DNA of 64,000 nt from an uncultured Planctomycetaceae bacterium (GTDB lineage: Bacteria; Planctomycetota; Planctomycetia; Planctomycetales; Planctomycetaceae). The notes below the pieces were generated by a model that saw nothing but the letters and a program-made list of their open reading frames with translations, had not been told where the DNA came from and searched no databases. The position numbers were made by a program, and so were the translations under genes. The first letter of the stretch is position 1, and each line of letters begins with the position of its first letter. The stretch spans positions 928,001 through 992,000 of the forward strand of contig CAWFGE010000012.1 in NCBI GenBank assembly GCA_963815195.1, given 5' to 3'. Positions 63,159 to 64,000 of the stretch are shown here, one piece after another.

Positions 63159-63788
63159 ATGCCTGATTCCCCGCTGACCGCGGAAGAACGAAACGTCCCG
63201 GTTCAGATTGCGCAGATCGTCCCCCGCACCAAAGCCGAAGGGCCGGGCGAGCGGTTTGCGATCTGGTTCCAGGGCTGCCCGTTTCGCTGTCCGGGTTGCT
63301 GCAATCCGGAGATGCTCCGCTTCGCAGGCGGCGAGACATTCCCCGTCGGCGAGGTGCTCGCTCAGATCGAGTCGGCCAATACGTCGTCGGAGATCCTTGA
63401 AGGCATCACACTCCTGGGCGGAGAACCCCTGGCCCATGCCGAAGGAGCCGCGTTGATTGCCCGGGGAACGAAGCGGTTGGGGTTGTCCGTGATGATCTTC
63501 ACTGGCTACCGCTGGGAAGAGATCGCGAGAAATCCCGACGAAGCCGTGAAGGAATTAATCGCCCACACCGATTTGCTGGTCGATGGACGTTACGAGCGGG
63601 ACCAGCCGGAACCGGCCCGCCGCTGGATCGGGTCGGCCAATCAGCAGATTTATTTTCTGACCGATCGCTATTCGCCGGACGATCCCTGTTGGCGGGAACG
63701 CGACACGTTGGAGATTCGCTGGGAAAACCGAAACCTCACCATCAACGGTTTCCCCGCCCCCTCCGCCGTCGGCCTGTGGAAACGGTGA
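63159..63788 (+). CDS. NrdG-like radical SAM protein
   Basis: EGPG.R..IWFQGCPFRCPGCCNP, LGGEP, FTGY, DLLVDG and GSANQ. Confidence 0.9.
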   Translation: MPDSPLTAEERNVPVQIAQIVPRTKAEGPGERFAIWFQGCPFRCPGCCNPEMLRFAGGETFPVGEVLAQIESANTSSEILEGITLLGGEPLAHAEGAALIARGTKRLGLSVMIFTGYRWEEIARNPDEAVKELIAHTDLLVDGRYERDQPEPARRWIGSANQQIYFLTDRYSPDDPCWRERDTLEIRWENRNLTINGFPAPSAVGLWKR

Positions 63789-63802
63789 AAAGATTTCGGA
63801 GG

Positions 63803-64000
63803 GGACCACGAAATACACGAAACACCTGGCGCGGCACGCGCCGCAACCACAGAGAAATGAACCACGGATAATGCGAATAGAACGGATAAAAAACAAAAGA
63901 CCCAAGAACCGGAAATCAACAAAGATTTGAAGGGAACACGAAGTCACGCCAATCTTTCCCTCGTTTCCAAGCTCCCCTTTTTCGTGTGTTTCGTGGTTCC
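63803..64000. repeat. ACACGAAA-type intergenic inverted repeat
   Basis: ggaccacgaaatacacgaaacac ... tttcgtgtgtttcgtggttcc, same family as 4073-4301. Confidence 0.65.

Overview
GC-rich bacterial DNA whose gene content (TIGR02996-LRR, PPC-repeat proteins, TPR-RpoA-CTD, MoxR-DUF58, PQQ/TPR protein) points to a planctomycete. About 40 genes are supported. Many carry single-base frameshifts that look like assembly indels; only the prfB shift looks programmed. The window opens with a type VII-like secretion cluster (three WXG100-like genes and an EssC/EccC-like FtsK ATPase running off the left edge), divergent from a poly-gamma-glutamate operon (pgsB-pgsC-pgsW-like). Next come a sialidase, an NDT + HD-hydrolase pair, an RRM gene, a DtxR regulator with a type II R-M islet bounded by a 31-bp duplication, fabI, and two glycosylation mini-clusters. 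A long minus-strand PPC/LRR/PQQ/MoxR/DUF58 block is interrupted by two DUF4365-like genes, followed by prfB and metabolic genes. The most unusual non-coding signals are a ~150-nt structured element present twice (33.1 kb on +, 60.8 kb on -), a structured ORF-free region at 25.9-26.2 kb, and a possible kissing loop between the 5' UTR and terminator of the RRM gene. Several REP-like palindrome families are present. No rRNA, tRNA, CRISPR array or transposase was recognised. All product calls come from motif reading, not database searches.
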